Virus record (IMG/VR): IMGVR_UViG_3300037634_005690
Location: 1 to 25,223 of that record
Source: a virus
Taxonomy: Duplodnaviria > Caudoviricetes
Length of the DNA stretch: 25,223 nt
Direction: 5' to 3' (one strand)
A program made the position numbers and the translations under genes. Positions 12,601-19,156 of the stretch are shown piece after piece; the stretch's first letter is position 1; the number at the start of each line of letters is the position of its first letter. The notes below the pieces were generated by a model. That model did not search any database. It saw only the letters and a program-made list of their open reading frames with translations, and was not told the origin of the DNA.

Positions 12601-15105
12601 AAAGCCGGCGTCGCAGTGGGTAACTTTGTTATCTGCCATTCTCAGTCAATCGCGGCTAGCGACATTGGGCCACCGGCCGGCTATGACGGTGCGGTACCTT
12701 ACAACCTGTATCAGTCTCCAAGTATGATGTATCTAGAGAGTAACCACTCCGGGAACATCGATTACCTTGAGGAATATTGCTTAGGCACGAGCCCTGTTAG
12801 TTGTAAATGGGGATCACCCTCTGCGACCAAGCCGAACCCGGGCTTCTTTCCTTGTATAAACGTGGCCGGCTCCAGTTCAGCCGGAGAAAACATGTTTAAT
12901 GGATATTTTATGCACATGATTCCGTTTGAAGCCATTCGGGATCCAGAAAGATATTTGAATTCCGATAACATTCCTAATGGTCGAATTTTTGATTCAGGTC
13001 TTTACAGCAGTAGTTTTGCTAGCCTCCATGCTGGCACAGATGTGAGTTATGGCTCAGACCAGGACGACCTCTCATCCGAGTGGGCCGGGTGTCAGAATGG
13101 CGTTGCTTATAAGGGCGAGCGATCGCCCCTTTTCAAGTATGCGGTGGATAACTTTTTGTGCGAGACTTATAATTTCTTTTTGGGCTCGCCCTCTGAATCG
13201 TCGTTGTTATCTGCCGATGAAGGTGCTTTTGCTCCGGTTACAAAAGATGATTATTATGCTATGAAAATCAGTTTATCCAACCGAACAGCCATCAGCGGCA
13301 CCCATGGCTACACCGGCCAACAACTCAGCGACCTGGCTACGAACGACATTTTAAAGGGGTTCGGGATGTATAGTCGTGCGTCTGCTTTTGGTCCTCCTTG
13401 TATACTTTCGGGCACCAACTCCAGCAACTACGGCACTGGGTCCGGCCTCGGCGCCATTCGATATCCTAGTTTCGAACACGTACTGCCTTCCCATTTTTAT
13501 GGATCTAGTCACGCTACCATAATTTTCAAAGCTCCCTGGACCGGCCGCGCTAGCTTAGACGACATTATTGGCAATTCAGTAGTAGAGTATAGCAAAGCCA
13601 CGCAGTGGGGCGACCCCGAGCGGGACCCCTCGGTGAAGAATAAGCTGTACTCCCCAATAATTCATAACTATGATGTAGCGGATCGAGCAACGATCATTCA
13701 ACAGATAACTTCAAGCCTAGAAGTGTTTGAAAAAGTGCTATCAGTTCCAGAAGGCACCAATGAAACCAAGAGCCGATGGCTGATTCGGCCTAAATTTGAG
13801 ACCCCGATACAGAATTTTTACAACGTCGATACTCAGAGGTATACTCAAGCGACGGGAACTCTTCATCCATACGGATCCGCCGCCACCGCCGGCTTCCAGA
13901 TTCGCGGCATGTGGCACCAGCACGGTAAGCCCTTAGAGGGCGGTGAAGGAAGCTTTGTGAGTCTCACTGACTTACCTCAAAAAGTAAGTTCTTCAACCTA
14001 CGGTCTCATCCGGCCCAAGTCTTTGGTGGATGTCGTGGGATTTGAGAGGAAAGAGACACAGTTGGGAATTTGTCCGTTTAGCAAAAAACTTGAAGAAGCC
14101 GTTGTTGCGGTTCCTTTTGTAGTACAAAATGGAGAGAGGAGATTCTTTGACATTCAGAGGCAGTCACATGAATATGTAAGTCAGATTGCTTTACTCAATA
14201 AATATGTTTTCCCCCCTACTTTTGATTTCTTAACCAACCCGAGTGTAACCCCCTTCGCTTTCTATGCCTTTGAGTTTAGTATGGAAGTGTCACAAGTGGA
14301 TCTCTATAACATGTGGCAGAACCTACCCCCAGAGGCAGCTTCCCAATTTAAAAAATCAACCGCCACTATTAAGATTAAGAGGCTGGTAAACGAGCTCCTT
14401 GAGGGGAATCTTGAAACGAGTGAGCTTCAGTGGATGGTTTTTAAAGTTAAACGAAAGGCAGAAAAAGACTATAACATTTATACGCGAACTAATCTTACAC
14501 CGGAGACTCCGATAGTGCAACCGTCTCTTCGGACCAAATACTCCTATAACTGGCCTTATGATTACTTCTCTATGGTGGAGCTAGTTAGTGTGGATCAGAC
14601 TGTGGTGTATGCCACTGAAGATATTATACCTGAGGATGATGCGGAAGACCCAGTTCCGCCAGACTTGCGGAGATTTATCCCCGCACCTGAAGACATGGAT
14701 CTCACAATGACACCTGGCACAGCACTGTTAGAAGAAGCCAGCGAAGGAATTGTGATCGGAGCCATGACTGCTATGGCGTTGCCACAGCCCTCGCAGCGTC
14801 CACGGCCAAGGGGTGTTTTGAGGGTGCCTACAGTCCGACCTCGCGCCAACGTAACGCAGCGCCGACGACGTGCACAGTCGGTGCGCAATAGGCGCCCCAG
14901 GCCAGCCACCACCAGAGTCCCTCGCCGCACTCAACGCCCGCCTAGGCGCACATCTCGTGCAGAAAGGGCACAGCTTCGACAAAGAGCGCGGCAGCGTACC
15001 ACACGGCGCCGTCAGCGTCGCCGCGTAGCAGAGACACTGAGGAGAATTTTTGATCCTCTGGGTCTGTTCACCCCCCGTCGCCGACGTCGAAGAAGGAGGA
15101 GGTAG
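3640..15105 (+). CDS. Giant (3821 aa) baseplate wedge/adsorption protein, T4 gp7 / P2 gpI-like core with multiple LamG (ConA-like) domains and an Arg-rich C-terminal tail
   Basis: Uninterrupted 11.5-kb ORF with AGGA just upstream. It has the gp7/gpI-type motif IYKSKGTEKSFRNLIRCFGI (5398-5457) and LamG signatures SLEFW/WHHYALT/LDEFRYW (~4200-4700), HWNLAVR/VSACRYW (~5950-6270) and FSVSFW/WYHVVV/FTGSMCDYAVYD (~8860-9290). Confidence 0.7.
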   Translation: MSLKDYYNKAKSIQALANKSAEEIGAEVESVGYHQEDIIREERFIPSVDFSLPRNFARYGSAVDYYKQSLKRIYDYFPYDGSLRERVKWENESTYLDLYLYNNEYPRTNGYALFSPSGWGALADGTTIVDGYGLPSSLEYIYLEGGPHINAGGMTPIDVQFTGSNYYEPSKNRESNLKYDVQNKGVSLEFWLKKDAFDINKTRKEVVFDLWNGITSSADNYGRLRLELTATVDGANPFILTAMSGTKGVFESPIASSGFTTSSLADSKWHHYALTLMSSSTGFKSVFYVDGSPENQATLGTSSINEVTGALRATVGALITSPSASGAPAYAGKLSASLDEFRYWKTERSAKNIGRHWFTQVGGGSNVDPKPFVETTEDVNTTLGVYYKFNEGITGVAATDSIVLDYSGRVTNGAWTGYVDGARSTDSAIVESAAAVREYKDPIIYSFHPEVIALGDKLELTGSEHDVDNNASMYNSIPSWITEADAEGQKQLKYLTQIMSSYFDTLQLQIESVSTLKNVTYPSSSAKPLPFAERLLNSSGLIAPDLFIDADILEKLADRSEDKVYEKSLQDVKNTIYQNIYNNLVYIYKSKGTEKSFRNLIRCFGIDDDLIKLNMYGAGIEYEMENNRRIVSVTDRYVDFNKEDNYTATVFQYQDSNSSTNTTGFIPADTRLTGGYAQTLETQILFPKKPDPAASFYFDTNAISSSLFGVYGTQGSQTDTTWEIDDFVNYQVFTEREDITSDNCRFVLTGSGVGVVPLLRSPLFEEVYDNTHWNLAVRIKPERYPYAAAGPGSGAGVAGADSGNYIIELHGVQYDAGLLRNKFTVSGTIAGPVSQFVTGSKRFFVGANRTNFTGSILNTSDVKVSACRYWLNYLDDAVLEAHAADTQNYGSLQPHFYAFPFDYSAPNGEVLQADTLVFNWEFSNNTGSNASGQFVVADEYSGSAATAASRFDWLGDILCQQNTALGYGFPASTTGSIDKDFVVSSKLQLPENVQSSDMVTVLGAQEQNIFTRNSRPINYFFAFEKSMAQALSVEMINYFATLKDMHTIIGAPVNRYRPEYKGLRVLRERFFQRVSNNEVDFEKFYEFYKWFDSSLTVMLEQLVPASADFSDNVRTIIESHMFERSKYQHKFQNVKKQDPQIEGTAVGAEEQAEMQTSPEGDPQGTGFYSANAVSKRQIGSSQPINFSAWKLIHAPVDGEQDAKSIWWRSRAERGNVVLSSSTGPVNTNKQVYLKAIEKGNKRARQSPFRFGGSGNYTLGGVGFNQNKRVNYVFTATTPFGSVRAGKALNRLVGRGSQVEKLLNTTDVFHPAFKQRLGFQLDPDDARGEVLQRANGNLLVPFSLYSSSVETGYNREVVENYASGTLLTNLHHDLVYNADIPAQGPFTEKFVGGRAYRHVPLNQSDTSTPDTADSRAEGFKIRFAHVAGENGATEISVVSPNYDPNSTVFYDAALPRGDKLRNVGTKRPVNIQNIKMTTASVGTTLSGVLAHGPIGNYQKNYEVVQTAARRKNDPYFRKQTFDFALYPETLATRGRFPLTVQTSEDSYVYKFYRGIAATEAIIDGDNVGWIGQDLEQAWTALSGSGSTFSILFNASDNTLQQGGTVWSATGYSAGGAPSEYQGQEQTLLGWGGTDSNDMVRHVFLKSGSNQDGPMLGLSVARGNTLEDMYWLSGPGLIGTEPGWKHLVFTLDNQDKEYGDYLRQQTQRSNKYAAFNGTTTNVDLGAPAVWESLIGGSGASAKAFSVSFWMRPAATFGDTYPRLFSYSINGRQLYLNGTTLGSSVLQFQGGAITNRAVGTTTFTAETWYHVVVAFSGGASDPTTLYVNAADDTSATTTTSSPTTITGYNSHIGAANANQQNFTGSMCDYAVYDKCLVQAEVEEIYGGGKRVELTNTSLKNNILQWLLLGADPDDSSSIMNDNSRGPWFLNTALTGAVYNGYPDNNASYPMPTIIDDDLGPGPGVPTDFVTLGDFNPIYISSGSFAVNIAGTGSYYRPGPGSGSAPTGSSTTTVNSINLCGGVCLLNQWYNPGEFTAAQGCPNTAIISVAYWTGSVNTTGSSAWADQLIASGSTITEAGSPGNCPVGSEALAGANVGMVDLTASVEYKVNLASWYNFSDEGMAYITAGKGICWSTEPIPEADVLVTETSVGSEFYFQPLSSSDLAIYGGGTYTKTYSGYNSNCSGVLDYALPDRSGINSNQTVIVNRFAGSGYEVMSRGYLGPAHEEMSVYSALPYHNLSVINYGLSGSASVDPLAAKTITVVDQIGKNRGLNQRATLHSGRFGTDAAYGSVSAFTYDVLPSWHKTNRNALSRLEIKQAGAIGTASTYDNLFVQHQIPRSELQYAWMTASLDKQTTFNPIGLDRPSCISSSVLDMLITSSDIQTGVNTSQYRSGDVFHNWAFFGLDAGSSFAMAEYTSFGVSFAGMNTTVYEPVSSSEHILGFPEMTVDNWDPSATDQELWSRVNYINPFTHQYSLNPSSQGFVIGGLVHTVVPTYPGKAAVLNAIILKRQGPYGWPTWKQIRGGDHPVARTLRKENKITLVHGPPMISNGPGQGESRALKSNGFTDYIESPVSYARSKPITFAFEDNTDNPDAPINNLSLKVSYGNDLQYFDSHGLNSRLGLTARKSAAEENAFTSVVDFSRNSDLSVVIRTGQKILPTALNEGLAKVRKRENYDISDIWNTVREFRSPATGAINSWGVHTDPSASVWPLDAPLVMAGPNMRFANSSGIGSTMNMPGTGSGAGDLINNYMWFAPRGTSGFGDGSGARGYCSGSTTATYVMPLRVGQRSFQTASYFTANPTDAEYVIITAPQWEAPAQAGIQPYQPYVDYSNLIDRLGRHMTILPEFRISEHVESVVENYGGDFLQKFDNMFSLSGGTPPNSSDSEFFKTYSTTDFLQNFRVVDDNLANQNTATSTIRRQSIELTCDAILQFLPYKGFYPVERTMELSTLFSKSMGGIAKADTQQGDYDINAFKRNVFAPLMAPGILFNTIKAGVAVGNFVICHSQSIAASDIGPPAGYDGAVPYNLYQSPSMMYLESNHSGNIDYLEEYCLGTSPVSCKWGSPSATKPNPGFFPCINVAGSSSAGENMFNGYFMHMIPFEAIRDPERYLNSDNIPNGRIFDSGLYSSSFASLHAGTDVSYGSDQDDLSSEWAGCQNGVAYKGERSPLFKYAVDNFLCETYNFFLGSPSESSLLSADEGAFAPVTKDDYYAMKISLSNRTAISGTHGYTGQQLSDLATNDILKGFGMYSRASAFGPPCILSGTNSSNYGTGSGLGAIRYPSFEHVLPSHFYGSSHATIIFKAPWTGRASLDDIIGNSVVEYSKATQWGDPERDPSVKNKLYSPIIHNYDVADRATIIQQITSSLEVFEKVLSVPEGTNETKSRWLIRPKFETPIQNFYNVDTQRYTQATGTLHPYGSAATAGFQIRGMWHQHGKPLEGGEGSFVSLTDLPQKVSSSTYGLIRPKSLVDVVGFERKETQLGICPFSKKLEEAVVAVPFVVQNGERRFFDIQRQSHEYVSQIALLNKYVFPPTFDFLTNPSVTPFAFYAFEFSMEVSQVDLYNMWQNLPPEAASQFKKSTATIKIKRLVNELLEGNLETSELQWMVFKVKRKAEKDYNIYTRTNLTPETPIVQPSLRTKYSYNWPYDYFSMVELVSVDQTVVYATEDIIPEDDAEDPVPPDLRRFIPAPEDMDLTMTPGTALLEEASEGIVIGAMTAMALPQPSQRPRPRGVLRVPTVRPRANVTQRRRRAQSVRNRRPRPATTRVPRRTQRPPRRTSRAERAQLRQRARQRTTRRRQRRRVAETLRRIFDPLGLFTPRRRRRRRRR
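14785..15102 (+). repeat. Low-complexity, protamine-like Arg-rich coding segment ending in nine consecutive Arg
   Basis: Hand count gives 43 Arg in the last 106 codons and no Lys. The terminal R9 is encoded CGT CGC CGA CGT CGA AGA AGG AGG AGG. Confidence 0.9.
15094..15102 (+). promoter_or_regulatory. Shine-Dalgarno AGGAGGAGG for the GTG start at 15109
   Basis: Perfect SD 6 nt upstream of the GTG, formed by the last three Arg codons of the upstream gene. Confidence 0.75.
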
Positions 15106-15108
15106 AAG

Positions 15109-16107
15109 GTGGTAGAATTTTTCAATAAAAAAGAAGAGATTCTAGAAGTCCAACTGACCGAGTATGGCAAATATCTGTTGTCATTAGGAAAGCTAGACCC
15201 TGTTTACTATGCCTTCTTCGATGACGAGATTTTATATGATGTCCAAAGCGCAGGCCTCACAAGCGAAATTCAGAATGATGCGGACCGTCGCATACGCTAT
15301 GAGACGCCCAATCTTAAGGTGGTACCCACCCGCACCGGCGCCGAAACTAGAGTAGCCCGCTTTATTGCCAATCTTGAAGGCGCCCTGGGCGCAGACAATT
15401 CAGACCCTGCCAACAATACCGAGGCTCTTCATCAGGAATCGTTTATTGAGACAGTTAATTTTTCTTCTTATCCACTTGGTACAGCTGACATGACGACTGA
15501 CAAAATGGCCGCATGGTCTATCAGTGCCCTATCCAATAAGATAGATTCAGTAGAAGAATACATCATCACCAATCCATCGAGTAGTTATGCAACCATCAAC
15601 AATGGAGTGATCACGAGAATCCCTCAGCTAAACATTGAGATTGACTATCAGACCTTTTATCGAAAGGGACTGTTAGGTGATGATGCAATAAGTGGCTATT
15701 TCACGGGCCCAGACATTGGCGCCGATTTGTATTTGGCGCTTAAAAAGGATTATTTAGTGTTGGACATTTTAGAGGGAAACACAAATTTCGATAAAGAAAA
15801 TTATGATGTCGAAGTGTTCTTTCAGTCTCAAATGACAGGCTCGTCTGGCACTCCGGCAACTAGTCTTGAGGCCATGGCTTTTATAAAAGAGGACACCACT
15901 CAACTGGTGGCACCAAAGCCACTAGGAAATACAGAAACTAATGTTGGCGATGTAGAATATTATTTCAACTTATATTTAGATGATGAGATACCTGCAGACA
16001 TTTTAGAGGAATTGAATCTCACACAACGAGACATCGTCGCAAATGCAAGCAGGTTTAGTTTTAATCGCGATCTGTACGTAACGACAGATGATGAGGAGCC
16101 GTGCTAA
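15109..16107 (+). CDS. Hypothetical virion/baseplate protein (332 aa); N-terminus paralogous to 22896..23879
   Basis: GTG start with a strong SD. ILEVQLTEYGKYLLSLG...YAFFDDEILYD...ETPNL aligns by eye with ILDAVLTDTGRMRLAKG...FALGDDEIDYS...QTPVL. Confidence 0.75.
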   Translation: MVEFFNKKEEILEVQLTEYGKYLLSLGKLDPVYYAFFDDEILYDVQSAGLTSEIQNDADRRIRYETPNLKVVPTRTGAETRVARFIANLEGALGADNSDPANNTEALHQESFIETVNFSSYPLGTADMTTDKMAAWSISALSNKIDSVEEYIITNPSSSYATINNGVITRIPQLNIEIDYQTFYRKGLLGDDAISGYFTGPDIGADLYLALKKDYLVLDILEGNTNFDKENYDVEVFFQSQMTGSSGTPATSLEAMAFIKEDTTQLVAPKPLGNTETNVGDVEYYFNLYLDDEIPADILEELNLTQRDIVANASRFSFNRDLYVTTDDEEPC

Positions 16108-16108
16108 A

Positions 16109-19100
16109 ATGAAATTGTGTCCCCTTGGATTCGATGAGCCAGCCCAAGATCCATTGCCGGCTGTATTCGTAGAAAAAGTAAAAATTTTACCTACTGATTT
16201 TACGAATGATGAACAACCCATAGAAATTACGTTATCCCTGCAGAAAGTGGGTCGCTCCAATTTGGCGTGGGAGTCTTTATATAAACATCCTTATAGAGTT
16301 TTCGCTGGAGTTTGTCATTCCGAAGACTCGATAATCAAGATGGAGAATAACGACCTGTTGGTTAAAGACCTGATTCGCAACCCAAATAAAGCTTTAGGCA
16401 AAAAGGGGCGCCTCAAGAAATTTTATTTGGCCCCACCACCACTTCCGCAAAAAGCCCAATCTATGCGGCGCTACCCTAGCGCTCAGCTTCGGCCTTCTAT
16501 TCTGGTGAATGCCCCGGAGAAATTTCGGTCACCCATAGAGGGCCTAGGCGCGCTGAAAAAGTCTATCACTTTTACTTACCGTTGCCCCATTAAGAGTTCT
16601 TCCAGAATTTACGTTTATGCAGTTGCATATGGGGTGGATTTGCAGTCTGTTAGCACATCTGGCGTGGATAGAAAAATTAAAGCAATGAGAACCGGTCTTG
16701 CCGTTAGTGAAACTATAATGCTCCCGGGTCCCATGGGCGAAGGGTGGTCCTCAGCCGCGGCACGTATTTTTAGAGTGGATGCGCCGGGCTATCAAAAGCA
16801 GATTTGGACCGGACGAACTGCACTCCTGGGAGACAATAAGCTTGTCGGCATCCCGGCTCCCGGATCCGATTACCCCAGTCCGCTTCCTTTAGTAGTTGAG
16901 ACTGTTTCCAATCAAAAAATTATAGATTTAAGATTTTTAGATTCTCTTAATTCTTTACAGTTTACAAACTCCGAAAATAAAGGACAAGTTCTTTCGCCTC
17001 GTGAAAGGAAGGATTTAGAAAAAGCTGCAAAGGTGGTAAAACTTCCCTCTAAGGTATCAGATTGTAAGTTTTCCCGGACTCCCTCTAATGCTTTAAAGAT
17101 TTTCTTTGAATTGGATTACGGGCGCCTTGTCCGAGAAAACTCTCAGTTAGGGCATCTTTTTCAAAATGAAGACGCCCTGGCATCTTGCTATAGAATAGAG
17201 AACATACGTATCTACAGAACGCGCATCAAAGCAAACGTTCAGCCGAACGCGCTAACGCCAGGTAAAATGAACATTTGTGGAAGCAGTGTACGCGAACCAG
17301 GCAATACCGAGAAGCTCGTAGCTAGCCTAGGCAACGGAGGCCTCCGACAGGTGGGAGTTCAAGGTTTGAGTTCCGATTCTGGAATTTTAATGGCTTTTGT
17401 CGCTACCGACGAAGATATAAAGAGCCACGGTACTGGAATGTACGAATATCGTGCGATTTTTGATATGACAGATTTGACTGCCACTGCGGTACAGAATAGT
17501 ATTTCTGAGCTCCGACGTTTTTTGTCCTACTATAATAAGTTTTTAGCTGCCGCGGATCGCAACGGCCAGAAAGGCGTTGACATCAAGGCGATGCTAAAGC
17601 GAGATTCCATCAAATTAAAAGCACTCAACGAACAGTGGGCGCGCCTTATTAATTCGTTTCTTACGTCTGTAGAATTTATCTTCGGCGACATCGCATTTGA
17701 GAGATTTCCTTTATTAAGCTGGCACAAAAATCTTTTGGCCATGACAAATCCTATGAACGGAGACATCGGGGAGATGAGAAGAGTCGCAGAGATAATCGAA
17801 GGTTTTACTAGCAACCTCTCTCAAGCACTGCGACCACCCACAGCGCCCACGAGCGCAACCACCACTAACAATAAGTCCAAAGTCCAGGCTCAGAACAGTG
17901 CAAAAAGAAAAATTGTTTTAGAGCATGTTTTTAGAACAAATTGGGAGCAGCCCGGCTCTGCCAATGAAGGGAGTGATTATTTGGATGTAACCCAAGTCTT
18001 TGAAGATGATACTTTTACGTGGATGCCTCAAGAGGGATTTCTTACGCGTCTAGATGGAGAAGTAACAAAATATGCGGTGCCTAATACAAACGATCCCGGA
18101 ATCAACAAATTTGGTTTTCTTAGTCCACGGAGACTTAATACCAAGGGAAGTGTAATTGAGACCTCTACTCGTAGTCTAGAGCAAGAATTAGGCAATGGCA
18201 TCCTTAACACAGCTTTGTCCCCTAATACGTCGCGATTTTCGAATCCTTTCATCACCAGCAATGAAAATCCTGTCGTCGCCGTCGGAGAAATAGATGACTT
18301 GCTGTCTTACGGGGGCCTTTCAGTTCAACCCCTTGCGCAACCCCTCAGAGAGATTCTAAAGAGTCCAAAGCCGCTCACAGATAAAACTTTTGTCTCCACG
18401 GATTATTTACCGGCAGAAAGCCCCTTTGTCCACCCGGATGTGACCGCGGAGGCGCAAGTGAGTGGATCTGCCATGACTGATGCTCAAATAATGAAGTTGG
18501 CATCTCGTAAGACAGAAATAAAAGGCTCCGAAGTGGTCAAGCATCTAATTGGTGCTCAGGCCATCGGCTTCCGAGAGCCAGCTACGTTTGATGCTCCGGA
18601 TGTGGCTGTGGGCTCCTTGGCCGCCGAAGCGGCTGTGCAGGCGCCAGGTAGTGTTAATTTAAATACTTCTTTTGGTAATGCGGTCAACTTCAATTCATTG
18701 GTACAAATCCAGTTTTTCAATGGTTATCATGTCACGGATGGAATAATAAATTTAAATGCCCCCCGTTGGGAAACTCTGCGTCGCCCTGAGTTTTTGCAGG
18801 CCATGGCGACGGTAGCAGATACCGGCACTCCGTTACTTTGTCGACTAGTACGGATTAATAAAACCTTAGATGAACCAAATCATTATGTGTTGCCACCTTA
18901 TGACACCCTATTTACTTTAGGCTCATCAGCACAAATGAGCGACTCCACCTCGGCCCAACTTGGCGAAGGCGACTGGGAAGATTATGTTGACAATTTGTAT
19001 GCAAAGCGGAAAAACTCTATGAAACTTCCAATCCTTAACTTAGAGAGCGCCGCTGCCTCGGTTGACGGTTCTTATTTAAGGGTGCGCCGCCCTTCCCGTC

Positions 19101-19156
19101 GACGCCGCGGCGAAGAAGATTCATCATCTACACCCACTGAGGGAGCATCTTACTAG
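16109..19156 (+). CDS. Hypothetical protein, probably structural (~1015 aa; the ORF track starts it at 16088)
   Basis: Long ORF in the structural cluster. The ATG at 16109 follows the upstream stop by 1 nt and has GAGGAG at 16093-16098. It ends in RVRRPSRRRR plus an acidic tail. No family recognised. Confidence 0.75.
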   Translation: MKLCPLGFDEPAQDPLPAVFVEKVKILPTDFTNDEQPIEITLSLQKVGRSNLAWESLYKHPYRVFAGVCHSEDSIIKMENNDLLVKDLIRNPNKALGKKGRLKKFYLAPPPLPQKAQSMRRYPSAQLRPSILVNAPEKFRSPIEGLGALKKSITFTYRCPIKSSSRIYVYAVAYGVDLQSVSTSGVDRKIKAMRTGLAVSETIMLPGPMGEGWSSAAARIFRVDAPGYQKQIWTGRTALLGDNKLVGIPAPGSDYPSPLPLVVETVSNQKIIDLRFLDSLNSLQFTNSENKGQVLSPRERKDLEKAAKVVKLPSKVSDCKFSRTPSNALKIFFELDYGRLVRENSQLGHLFQNEDALASCYRIENIRIYRTRIKANVQPNALTPGKMNICGSSVREPGNTEKLVASLGNGGLRQVGVQGLSSDSGILMAFVATDEDIKSHGTGMYEYRAIFDMTDLTATAVQNSISELRRFLSYYNKFLAAADRNGQKGVDIKAMLKRDSIKLKALNEQWARLINSFLTSVEFIFGDIAFERFPLLSWHKNLLAMTNPMNGDIGEMRRVAEIIEGFTSNLSQALRPPTAPTSATTTNNKSKVQAQNSAKRKIVLEHVFRTNWEQPGSANEGSDYLDVTQVFEDDTFTWMPQEGFLTRLDGEVTKYAVPNTNDPGINKFGFLSPRRLNTKGSVIETSTRSLEQELGNGILNTALSPNTSRFSNPFITSNENPVVAVGEIDDLLSYGGLSVQPLAQPLREILKSPKPLTDKTFVSTDYLPAESPFVHPDVTAEAQVSGSAMTDAQIMKLASRKTEIKGSEVVKHLIGAQAIGFREPATFDAPDVAVGSLAAEAAVQAPGSVNLNTSFGNAVNFNSLVQIQFFNGYHVTDGIINLNAPRWETLRRPEFLQAMATVADTGTPLLCRLVRINKTLDEPNHYVLPPYDTLFTLGSSAQMSDSTSAQLGEGDWEDYVDNLYAKRKNSMKLPILNLESAAASVDGSYLRVRRPSRRRRGEEDSSSTPTEGASY

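Noticed and set aside
15076-15102. Poly-Arg run as a microsatellite or phase-variable tract
   Set aside because: It is encoded by five different Arg codons with only three AGG in tandem, so it is not a slippage repeat.
3640-15105. Intein, intron or tape-measure identity for the giant ORF
   Set aside because: No HINT or LAGLIDADG motifs or frame breaks were seen. The sequence is beta-rich with lectin motifs rather than Ala/Leu helical repeats.
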